DNA of 64,000 nt, from assembly GCA_964016885.1 (NCBI GenBank), contig OZ024744.1, positions 97,278,001-97,342,000 on the forward strand, read 5' to 3'. Numbering within the stretch: position 1 is the first letter of the stretch; each line of letters starts with the position of its first letter. A program made the translations under genes and the position numbers. Below the pieces are notes generated by a model. That model searched no databases. It was not told the DNA's origin and saw nothing but the letters and a program-made list of their open reading frames with translations. Positions 40,988 to 51,222 of the stretch are shown here, in pieces. Source of the DNA: Eledone cirrhosa. Lineage: Eukaryota.

Positions 40988-41514
40988 CTAGCAGAAAACC
41001 ACCCGGTGGGCGGTTTTCTGCTAGCAAATCTAGTGTATATACTGATATTGTTGAGATTTGAATGAGAAATGTTTTCGGCACCACATGTTCACCGTCTCTC
41101 GGTGTGTCTTTTATGCATGTATAAATATATAAGTTATCTATACGGTGTAATCTTTGAAATAAATATATGTTAAAACGAAAAAGGAGAAAATAAATAACTG
41201 GCGGTTAGAAAAAAATATTCCTATGAAATTTTAATCATACCATTAGGTGTGAATAAGGAAATATTTTTTTATTCACAAAACAAATGTTCAAAAGTTAAAC
41301 TTCAATTTTTTGAATTATTTCCAATTTTTTCATGAAATTGAACACTGGAAATTGGCTGCTGGAAATGGAAATTAAATCGTATTGAATTGTATTTAAATTT
41401 CTAACCTTATTTTATTATTTATATTTTTTCAATAAGAAATTAAAAAAACAACAAAAAAAATTGAAGAAAAAAATTGAACAAATCAAACGTAGGTTATGGA
41501 ACTGCGCAATCTGA

Positions 41515-41973
41515 TTAATAAATTACCTCATCATCAGTAACCTTCTTCAAATGGTCCTTATTATCAGTAGCCCTGTGTCCATCATCAAGGTAATATTTAA
41601 TTCGATCAAAAAAGTCAAAATTTTTGAAGTGAAGACCCGAATCTGCCAGCTCAAGCACAGGTAATGAGTCTGCATAACCAAACTTGAAAGTCAAGAAATG
41701 GTGACTGTCGCAAATAACGCCAACAGAGGCAGACTCATTAGAGCCAATAGAATTTTCCCCAAAATAATATGGGCCGAAGCCAAAAAAAATTTTGTTTGGC
41801 AGCTCTAATTGCGCCTTAATTTTATTCAAAAAATTGTATACTAACATATTCGAATACCAGGCACTATTGGAATCAACAATAGCAGCGTCCTGAGGGTCGT
41901 TACAAAACACAAATTCGCAAGAATTAGTGTTTAAGGCTTGGAAGGTGGTAAAAAAATCCACAAAATCTTCCAT
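41515..41973 (-). pseudogene. Truncated duplicate of the Ulp1-like ORF (lacks the catalytic Cys)
   Basis: Near-identical to the 43362 ORF up to DDGHRAT, then switches into the Q-rich repeat unit. Confidence 0.75.
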
Positions 41974-42624
41974 TCTTTTTTTTTTTTAAATTATTTTTAA
42001 TAATATTTAAATAACTGGCGGTTAGAAAAAAATATTCCTATGAAATTTTAATCATACCATTAGGTGTGAATAAGGAAATATTTTTTTATTGTCAAAACAA
42101 ATGTTCAAAAGTTAAACTTCAATTTTTTGAATTATTTCCAATTTTTTCATGAAATTGAACACTGGACATTGGCTGCTGGAAATGGAAATTCAATCGTATT
42201 TAATTGTATTTAAATTTCTAACCTTATTTTATTATTTATATTTATTCAATAAGAAATTTAAAAAAAACAACAAAAAAAAATTGAAGAAAAAAATTGAACA
42301 AATCAAACGTAGGTTATGGAACTGCGCAATCTGATTAATAAATTACCTCATCATCAGCAACCTTCTTCAAATGGTCCTTATTATCAGCAGCAACAACCAC
42401 AAATTCAATGGCAACCTTCTTCAAACCACAAATTCAATGGCAACCTTCTTCGCATGGTGTCAAGTCAGAACCGCCTCGAACTGGTTACTTCTGGCTTGTG
42501 CAAGGTGTCTCTATAGCAACCAGAGATTCCCTCGGCCTCAGTGACCAAAGTCAGTGGAGAGGGGAAGGTAATGTTTCTATAAAGGAAGGGGAAGGTAATA
42601 TTTCTGTAGCACGTGTTTTAGCGT

Positions 42625-43362
42625 CTATTCACTCTCTCTCTCTCTCCCTCTCTCCCTCCCGCTATCCCACTCTCGTAGTCTGTCTCTTTCTTTCACTCTC
42701 ACGCTCTCTCTATGCACGTGTTTCCACTGTCGGACAGACAGACAGAGAAATTGCTGGTTATATATTATAAGGAGATTAGAATTTAGAACCCATATCAAAG
42801 AATATAAAATTGCAAAAAGACCACAATCAGTTCCATTAGTCTGCTGCTGCACATTTAGAACCCTGAACCTAAAAACGAAATTTTGGGTCAAGGAAAAAGT
42901 TTTGAATCCATTCAGAATTCCAATTTTTTTCATTGTAGCCCTGTGTCCATCATCAAGGTAATATTTAATCCGATCAAAAAAGTCAAAATTTTTGAAGTAA
43001 AGACCCGAATCTGCCAGCTCAAGCACAGGTAATGAGTCTGCATAACCAAACTTGAAAGTCAAGAAATGGTGACTGTCGCAAATAACGCCAACAGAGGCAG
43101 ACTCATTAGAGCCAATAGAATTTCCAAAAAAATAATATGGGCCGAAGCCGAAAATAATTTTGTTTGGCAGCTCTAATTGCGCCTTAATTTTATTTAAAAA
43201 AATGTATACTAACATATTCGAATACCAGGCACTATTGGAATCAACAATAGCAGCATCCTGAGGGTCATTACAAAACACAAATTCGCGAGAATTAGTGTTT
43301 AAGGCTTGGAAGGTGGTAAAAAAATCCACAAAATCTTCCATTCTTTTTTTTTTTAAATTCAT
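42625..43362 (-). CDS. Ulp1/SENP-like (clan CE, C48) cysteine protease ORF, transposon-borne
   Basis: WYSNMLVYIFL (WLND.II..YL-like), SHHFLT (His), ADS (Asp) and QQQTNGTDCGLFAI (oxyanion Gln + Cys) occur in the correct order. Confidence 0.7.
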   Translation of the reverse strand: MNLKKKRMEDFVDFFTTFQALNTNSREFVFCNDPQDAAIVDSNSAWYSNMLVYIFLNKIKAQLELPNKIIFGFGPYYFFGNSIGSNESASVGVICDSHHFLTFKFGYADSLPVLELADSGLYFKNFDFFDRIKYYLDDGHRATMKKIGILNGFKTFSLTQNFVFRFRVLNVQQQTNGTDCGLFAILYSLIWVLNSNLLIIYNQQFLCLSVRQWKHVHRESVRVKERDRLREWDSGRERGRERESE

Positions 43363-44198
43363 TTTTAATAATATTTAAATAACTGGCGGTTAGAAAAAAA
43401 TATTCCTATGAAATTTTAATCATACCATTAGGTGTGAATAAGGAAATATTTTTTATTGTCAAAACAAATGTTCAAAAGTTAAACTTCAATTTTTTGAATT
43501 ATTTCCAATTTTTTCATGAAATTGAACACTGGACATTGGCTGCTGGAAATGGAAATTCAATCGTATTTAATTGTATTTAAATTTCTAACCTTATTTTATT
43601 ATTTATATTTATTCAATAAGAAATTTTAAAAAAACAACAAAAAAAAATTGAAGAAAAAAATTGAACAAATCAAACGTAGGTTATGGAACTGCGCAATCTG
43701 ATTAATAAATTACCTCATCAGCAGCAACCTTCTTCAAATGGTCCTTATTATCAGCAGCAACAACCACAAATTCAATGGCAACCTTCTTCAAACCACAAAT
43801 TCAATGGCAACCTTCTTCAAATGGTCCTTATTATCAGCAGCAACAACCACAAATTCAATGGCAACCTTCTTCGCATGGTGTCAAGTCAGAACCGCCTCGA
43901 ACTGGTTACTTCTGGCTTGTGCAAGGTGTCTCTATAGCAACCAGCGATTCCCTCGGCATCAGTGACCAAAGTCAGTGGAGAGGGGAAGGTAATGTTTCTA
44001 TAGCACGTGTTTTAGCGTCTATTCACTCTCTCTCTCTCTCCCTCTCTCTCTCCCTCTCTCCCTCCCGCTGTGCCCCTTTCGTAGTCTGTCTCTTTCTTTC
44101 ACCCTCACTCTCTCTCTACGCACGTGTTTCCACTGTCGGACAGACAGACAGAGAAATTGCTGGTTGTATATATAAGTAGATAAGAGTCCATCATATAT

Positions 44199-44303
<105 letters not shown>

Positions 44304-44324
44304 AGTCTTCAATTTTATTATTAT

Positions 44325-44360
<36 letters not shown>

Positions 44361-44362
<2 letters not shown>

Positions 44363-44492
44363 CGAAGGAGGTGTGGTAAGGAACCAGATGGACTATAACG
44401 TACCAGAGTACTCAATACCTAGGGTAGTCGAGTGGGAAACAGGAAAATGTTTAACCCCTCCTCTGAGCTTGGAGGAGGGGTTAAAGATTTTC
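44361..44492. repeat. Second foldback element with a shared head
   Basis: Head AACGAAGGA..TGTG.TAAGGAACCAG.TGGAC.ATAACG.ACCA.AGTACTCAATAC as at 37709, then hairpin AGGAAAAT.TTTAACCCCTCCTC...GAGGAGGGGTTAAA.ATTTTCCT. Confidence 0.75.
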
Positions 44493-44595
44493 CTATGTAT
44501 ATATATATGACTGAACACACACGTGCATTTTTCTCAAACATTTTCCCGTTTCTTCCTCTTCTCACTCTCCTGTAACTTTCTATATCTTCTTTTAC

Positions 44596-44645
44596 TTCTC
44601 ATTCTATCTTCTGATTAAGGACTGGCATCCGAATTGTTAAGAGAC
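44596..44645 (+). ncRNA. Degenerate hammerhead motif, same family as 8820-8855
   Basis: CTCATTCTATCTT CTGATTA A GGA CTGGCA TCC GAATT GTT AAG. The core is mutated, so it is likely inactive. Confidence 0.45.
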
Positions 44646-44813
44646 TTTTCTTACTACTATATAAAGCGTTAAACTAATATATATCTCCATTGTACTGTGT
44701 TGTTTGCTGTTTACGTTTCACACACACACACATATATATATGTATGTGTGTGTGTGTAAAACGTATACACACACACACATATATATATATGTATGTGTGT
44801 GTGTGTAAAACGT

Positions 44814-44906
<93 letters not shown>

Positions 44907-45198
44907 AAAACAAATAACGAAACGAAAATAAATTTCGTTTCGTTTGTAACTCACTTTTGTATGACTGACGCTTAAACAATTAAGTTAAAAATGTACATCT
45001 ACATATGCATACTGAAATACTAGTATGCATATGAATACACACACGTATACATATGTAGATGTACCAAGTCTTTCACTGGTTACTTTACTGTGAGTATCCA
45101 GCTATTCTGTATGTAAACACACAGACAAACCGGTTTTTAGAGTCATACTGGTTTTTGAGGAAACACCTTTCCTCTATTCTCCAGAAAGCCAGACAAGG

Positions 45199-45243
45199 AA
45201 TATTGAACTAGTTTCGTTGTTGTTACAACTCATCAGCAATATT
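45199..45243 (-). ncRNA. Type I hammerhead ribozyme, copy 1
   Basis: AATATTG CTGATGA GTTGT AACA ACAAC GAAA C TA G T T CAATATT: 7-bp stem I, 5-bp stem II, palindromic ACTAGT stem III, GUU cleavage triplet. Confidence 0.88.
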
Positions 45244-45665
45244 TACCTATCTACCGGCCTTTCTGGAGAATCGTAAAAGCACATATCGTTATATGCTTTT
45301 TCTATGAAAATTAGTAGTGGGCAGACTAATTTGCATAGAGTGTGAGTACGTACCGGTTCAACGGGAGACGATAAAAACAAATAACGAAACGAAATTAAAT
45401 TTCGTTTCGTTTGTAACTCACTTTTGTATGACTGACGCTTAAACAATTAAGTTAAAAATGTACATCTACATATGCATACTGAAATACTAGTATGCATATG
45501 AATACACACACGTATACATATGTAGATGTACCAAGTCTTTCACTGGTTACTTTACTGTGAGTATCCATCTATTCTGTATGTAAACACACAGACAAACCGG
45601 TTTTTAGAGTCATACTGGTTTTTGAGGAAACACCTTTCCTCTATTCTCCAGAAAGCCAGACAAGG

Positions 45666-45710
45666 AATATTGAACTAGTTTCGTTGTTGTTACAACTCAT
45701 CAGCAATATG
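45666..45710 (-). ncRNA. Type I hammerhead ribozyme, copy 2
   Basis: As copy 1, with one mismatch at the distal end of stem I. Confidence 0.87.
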
Positions 45711-46132
45711 TACCTATCTACCGGCCTTTCTGGAGAATCGTAAAAGCATATATCGTTATATGCTTTTTCTATGAAAATTAGTAGTGGGCAGACTAATTTG
45801 CATAGAGTGTGAGTACGTACCGGTTCAACGGGAGACGATAAAAACAAATAACGAAACGAAATTAAATTTCGTTTCGTTTGTAACTCACTTTTGTATGACT
45901 GACGCTTAAACAATTAAGTTAAAAATGTACATCTACATATGCATACTGAAATACTAGTATGCATATGAATACACACACGTATACATATGTAGATGTACCA
46001 AGTCTTTCACTGGTTACTTTACTGTGAGTATCCAGCTATTCTGTATGTAAACACACAGACAAACCGGTTTTTAGAGTCATACTGGTTTTTGAGGAAACAC
46101 CTTTCCTCTATTCTCCAGAAAGCCAGACAAGG

Positions 46133-46177
46133 AATATTGAACTAGTTTCGTTGTTGTTACAACTCATCAGCAATATT
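46133..46177 (-). ncRNA. Type I hammerhead ribozyme, copy 3
   Basis: Identical to copy 1. Confidence 0.88.
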
Positions 46178-46597
46178 TACCTATTACCGGCCTTTCTGGA
46201 GAATCGTAAAAGCACATATCGTTATATGCTTTTTCTATGAAAATTAGTAGTGGGCAGACTAATTTGCATAGAGTGTGAGTACGTACCGGTTCAACGGAGA
46301 CGATAAAAACAAATAACGAAACGAAATTAAATTTCGTTTCGTTTGTAACTCACTTTTGTATGACTGACGCTTAAACAATTAAGTTAAAAATGTACATCTA
46401 CATATGCATACTGAAATACTAGTATGCATATGAATACACACACGTATACATATGTAGATGTACCAAGTCTTTCACTGGTTACTTTACTGTGAGTATCCAG
46501 CTATTCTGTATGTAAACACACAGACAAACCGGTTTTTAGAGTCATACTGGTTTTTGAGGAAACACCTTTCCTCTATTCTCCAGAAAGCCAGACAAGG

Positions 46598-46642
46598 AAT
46601 ATTGAACTAGTTTCGTTGTTGTTACAACTCATCAGCAATATT
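46598..46642 (-). ncRNA. Type I hammerhead ribozyme, copy 4
   Basis: Identical to copy 1. Confidence 0.88.
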
Positions 46643-47108
46643 TACCTATCTACCGGCCTTTCTGGAGAATCGTAAAAGCACATATCGTTATATGCTTTTT
46701 CTATGAAAATTAGTAGTGGGCAGACTAATTTGCATAGAGTGTGAGTACGTACCGGTTCAACGGAGACGATAAAAAGAGACGATAAAAAGAGATTGACACT
46801 CCTATGATAAATCAACCGCCTTGAACTCCTTTCCTGCTCTTTACTTCTGCTACGGTTTTTTTGCTGAATCTACGTTCTGTACTCTTGTATATTTATTTTT
46901 TTCTCCCTTACCTCCCCTTATATTTCACCTTTTCCTATGTCCCCCCCCCCCCCATATATTCTTTTTGCCTTGCCCTTCACATACCTATGTGTATGTATAT
47001 TTGTGTGTATATATATATATATATATGTATGTATGTGTGTGTGCATATATATGTATATGTATATATTTGTATGTGTATATGTATGTATATGTAGATAGAC
47101 CAGGTTTT

Positions 47109-47168
47109 TTTCATTCTGAAGATTGAATGAAAAATTTTTTGCTTTTAAGAAACGACTGGTGAATGGAA
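47109..47168 (+). ncRNA. Degenerate hammerhead (paralogue of 51163-51222)
   Basis: TTTCATT CTGAAGA TTGAATGAAAAATTTTTTGCTTTTAA GAAA CG ACT GG TG AATGGAA. It has a GUG triplet and a stem III mismatch. Confidence 0.6.
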
Positions 47169-47301
47169 TAATTGCCTTATGTTGCTTATTACTTTATTAT
47201 TTTACTACTATATATATGTATATGTAAGGTTCATATGAATTATCTAAGACTGAGTTTTACACACACATGTATATGTGTGTATATATATATATATGTATGT
47301 A

Positions 47302-49751
47302 TAATCACCTATAGATCCGGGGAACACACAAGCCAGGTAGATTATATCCTTACCAGAAGACGTGACAGAGTGTCTGTTGTAAACACTAAATCCCTCCCCC
47401 ATGAAGAATGCACCTCCCAACATAGACTGATAATTAGCGACCTCATAGTCAGGACGAGACGTACTCGACAGCAGGAGAGGACTATCCTCAGGAGAAAAAT
47501 ATGGAAGCTAAAGGACCCCACAGCCAGGAATAAATTTCAAAGCATATTACTTGATGCTTTCGACAGTAAGGAAGAACATTTAGAGTCGGACAATATAGAG
47601 GGAGAGTGGGAATTTCTGAAAGCAAACCTGCTGTTGGCGACAGACGAAGTCTGTGGCTGGAGCAGGCCTGTAGGCAGGAGGAGAGTAACATGGTGGTGGA
47701 ACAGTAAGGTGGAGGGGTCAATTAAGGCCAAAAAGCAGGCTTGGAAAGTATGGCGGGATGGAGGAAGTAGAGAAGACTATCAAGTGGCCAGGAGGAAAGC
47801 TAGGAGACAAGTGTACTTAGCAAGAAGGGAAGCTGAGGAAAGAAAGTTCAAGCATGTTCTACAACGCGATGACCAAAAACGTGAGGTGTTCAGGATTGCT
47901 AGGCAATGCGTCAAGGAAAACCGTGATATTGTCGGGGAGAAGTGTGTACTAAACGACGATGGCACACTTGCCATCACCGACGCTGATAAGAAGGTAGCTT
48001 GGAAGTGTCACTATGAAAGGCTACTAAATGAGGAGAATAAATGGGAGAAAGACAGTCTCCTCCATATCGACCCAATAGAGGGACCAGCAGTGTTAGTCGA
48101 GGGGAGTATAATAAGTAAGGCAATCAAGGATATGAAGACGGGTAAGGCGGCTGGGCCTTCGGAAATAGTTGCTGAGATGCTGAAGGCATCTGGCACGGTG
48201 GGACACACCATGGTCACCCGCATAGTTAACCAAGTCGTACAGAATGGGGTTGTTCCGAAGGACTGGCATAGCAGCATCATCGTTAACTGTTATAAGGGTA
48301 AAGGAGACGCCCTAGATAGGAGTAACTATAGAGGCATTAAATTAATCGACCAGGTCATGAAGGTCACGGAAAAAGTAATAGCGCAACTAATCAGAGAGAG
48401 AATTGACCTAGATGAAATGCAGTTCGGGTTTGTGTCAGGCAAAAGTACCACAGACGCTCTTTTCATAGTACGACAACTACAGGAGAAGTACCTAGCTAAA
48501 GGTAAACCCCTCTACTTAGCTTTTGTCGACTTGGAGAAAGCCTTCGACAGAGTCCCCCGCTCCATTATCTGGTGGGCTCTTAGAAAGCTAGGCGTTGACG
48601 AATGGCTTGTGAGGGCTATACAAGCCATGTATAAAGAAACAGTCAGCAAGGTTAGAATTAACAACGAATATAGTGAAGAGTTTAGCGTAAAAGTTGGCGT
48701 CCATCAGGGCTCTGTTCTCAGCCCACTACTATTTATTATTGCCCTTCAGGCTATAACAGAGGAGTTCAAGACAGGCTGCCCATGGGAACTCCTATACGCA
48801 GACGACCTGACACTCATAGCAGAATCAATGGCCGAGCTAGAGAAGAAATTCCAAACACGGAAGCACGGCCTAGAGTCAAAAGGACTTAAAATTAACCTGG
48901 CTAAGACCAAAGTACTAGTTTGTAGGAAAGAAAACAAGGCGGCGGTCCCTTCTGGGAAATGGTCGTGCTCGGTGTGTAGGAAAGGCGTAGGTAGAAACTC
49001 CATTTTATGTCCTAAATGCAAAGTATGGGTGCATAAAAGATGTAGTGGGATCACAGGTAAGCTAACTAAGAACATAGATTTTACATGTGGCCGGTGCTCT
49101 GGTGCAATAAGTAGCAGCAAGTGCCCACAAAATACTAGCTCTTTCAATTGCGCAGAGGGTTCTATAGAAATAGTGGACAGCTTCCGTTACCTGGGCGATA
49201 AAATCAGCAGTGGGGGAGGGTGCTCTGAAAGTACTGTAGCTAGAGTCAGAACTGGTTGGAAAAAGTTCAGAGAGCTTATACCACTATTAGCTGCTAAAGG
49301 GTTCTCCCTAAAAATGAAAGGCAGGTTGTACGATGCCTGCATACGAACAGCAATGCTGCATGGCAGTGAGACCTGGGCATTGTGTGCAGAGGATATACGC
49401 AGACTAGAGAGGAACGAAGCTTGCATGCTCCGCTGGATGTGTAACAGTAATATACGTGAACGGCAAAGCATAAACGAACTAAGGAAAAAATTAGAGATAA
49501 GAGGGATCAGATGTTGTTTACTCGAGAGAAGGCTACGTTGGTATGGACACTTGATGCGCATGAAAGTCGATAGCTGTATAACAAAGTGCAGGGCAATAAA
49601 GATAGACGGTAGTCACGGAATAGGCAGACCTAGAAAAACCTGGGACGAGCTGATAAACTCCGACATCACACACTTACACCTCTCCAAGACAATGTCACTG
49701 GACCGAGACCTTTGGCGGTACTCAGTAACAGAGAAGACCCGCCTTACCTAA
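47302..49751 (+). CDS. RTE ORF (partial EN, RT, embedded PHD-type zinc finger)
   Basis: NYRGIKL, QFGF, FVDLEKAFDRV, GVHQGSVLSP, LYADDL, FRYLGD, RLRWYGH. The first ~43 aa of the tracked ORF (from 47172) are flanking sequence. Confidence 0.9.
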
Positions 49752-50150
49752 ATATATAGTAAAACCTACTCCAGCCAGTAGGCATCTCTAACAAAATACA
49801 CCCCGTCCCACCACCCCCACCCCCACCCCATCCACACCACCCCGTTCTATGTAAAGTTATGTTGGTGCCGCGCCATCGAGGCCGAAACAAATGAGATCGT
49901 GTAGGTGTCACGACAAAAAAACACACAGTCCACGCTGTAATGTGGCCGTGTAGGCAACACGGTAAAAACCTCCCAGACCCACACTGTAAATGTGGTTGGT
50001 GTTAGGAAGGGCATCCAACTGTAGAAAACCTGCCAGACAGTCCTATGCGAGCAAGACAATCACTCTTGCCTCAAGTGGGACTACCCCCGTCCAAACCCAT
50101 GCAAGCGTGGAACACGGACGTTAAACGTTGATGATGATGATGATGATGAT
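47302..50150 (+). mobile_element. 5'-truncated RTE-clade LINE with uninterrupted ORF
   Basis: Starts inside the EN C-terminus (TYRSG...QVDYIL...SQHR) and ends GGACGTTAAACGT(TGA)n. Confidence 0.93.
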
Positions 50151-51162
50151 GTATGTATGTGTGTGTGTCTGTTTGTATTTGGTTGTGCGGGTTTATGATA
50201 TGTACGTATTTGTATGTGTATAATTGTATAGCTATGTATGTATATGTATGTGTGTATGTATACATATATGTGTGTGTGTATGTTTATATTTATGTATATA
50301 TATATATGTGTGTGTGTGTATAATTACATATACATATGTGTGTGTATAATTGTATACGTGTGCGTGTTTGTGCATGTATGTGTATGTATGTGTTTATGTA
50401 TTTGTATATGTATATTTATGTGCGAGAGTGTGTGTATGTATTTACTATTTTGTACGTATGTATACGTGCATTTGTGTGTATTACTTACCACGCGTGTCTG
50501 TCCAGTTAGCTGCGTTCTGTATCGCTGTCAAAAATTGTTTATATATATATACATTTTTTTTTTCTTATATTTATTTGCGTGTGTGAATATGTAGAGGAGT
50601 GCATTTATGTATGTGTATGTATGTACGTGTGTATATATGTATGATTGTGTGCATGTATGTATGTATGTTTATGTATGTGTGTATGGCTATGTTTGTGTAT
50701 GTGTATGCTTGTACACATATATATGTATATATGTGTATATATATGTATATATGTATGTATATGTGTGTATGTATATGTATTTATATTTATGTTTCTATGT
50801 GTATGTGTGTATATATGTATTTGTATGTATGGATGTGTTGATATTTATGTGCGTATGTATATGTGTTTGTGTGTATTTATATACACATATATGTGTGTAT
50901 ATATCTGTGCGTGTGTGTATGTATGAGTGTATGTATGTGTATATATATGTGTATGTATATGTATGTATATATATCTATATATATGTATATATATCTATAT
51001 ATATATATGTGTGTGTGTAAGTATGCTTTTGTGTTTTTTTGTGTGTGTTTGCATGTGTAGTTTTATTTTATTTTTCCTTTCCTTCTTCCTTCTCCAGCCT
51101 CACTTTCATATAGATTGCATTTTTGTTTTTAAAATCCAAATTCAATAAACAGACCAGGATTT

Positions 51163-51222
51163 TTTCATTCTGAGGATTGAAAGCAAAATCTTTTGCTTTT
51201 AAGAAACCACTGGTAAATGGAA
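51163..51222 (+). ncRNA. Intact type I hammerhead ribozyme
   Basis: TTTCATT CTGAGGA TTGAAAGCAAAA TC TTTTGCTTTTAA GAAA CC ACT GG T A AATGGAA: 7-bp stem I, long stem II, 3-bp stem III, GUA cleavage after 51215. Confidence 0.82.

Larger units (their letters stand above)
40988..44180 (-). mobile_element. Helitron-like element with internal tandem duplication carrying a Ulp1-like protease
   Basis: A|TCTACTTATATATACAACC...TCTGTCTGTCTGTCC 5' end at 44180, repeated at ~42765. The 3' palindrome CTAGCAGAAAACC...GGTTTTCTGCTAG is at 40988-41024. A ~1.37-kb unit is duplicated. Confidence 0.75.
44905..46769 (-). mobile_element. Tandem array of four 465-467-bp hammerhead-containing units (candidate non-LTR retrozyme)
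   Basis: Units start at 44905, 45372, 45839 and 46304 and are near-identical. Each has one hammerhead and many internal inverted repeats. Confidence 0.88.

Noticed and set aside
42316-44179. Q-rich plus-strand ORFs (QQQQPQIQWQPSS)
   Set aside because: They are short, built from internal ~20-60-bp duplications, and differ between copies. There is no evidence of a gene.
45243-45913. Repeated short [19 protein letters not shown] in the 467-bp array
   Set aside because: The start is not ATG, length varies between units, and there is no recognisable domain. RNA structure explains the unit better.
50150-51060. Cys/Val/Tyr/Met-rich ORFs
   Set aside because: They are translations of degenerate TG/TA microsatellite. 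The same applies at 21.9, 26.1, 37.6 and 44.7 kb.
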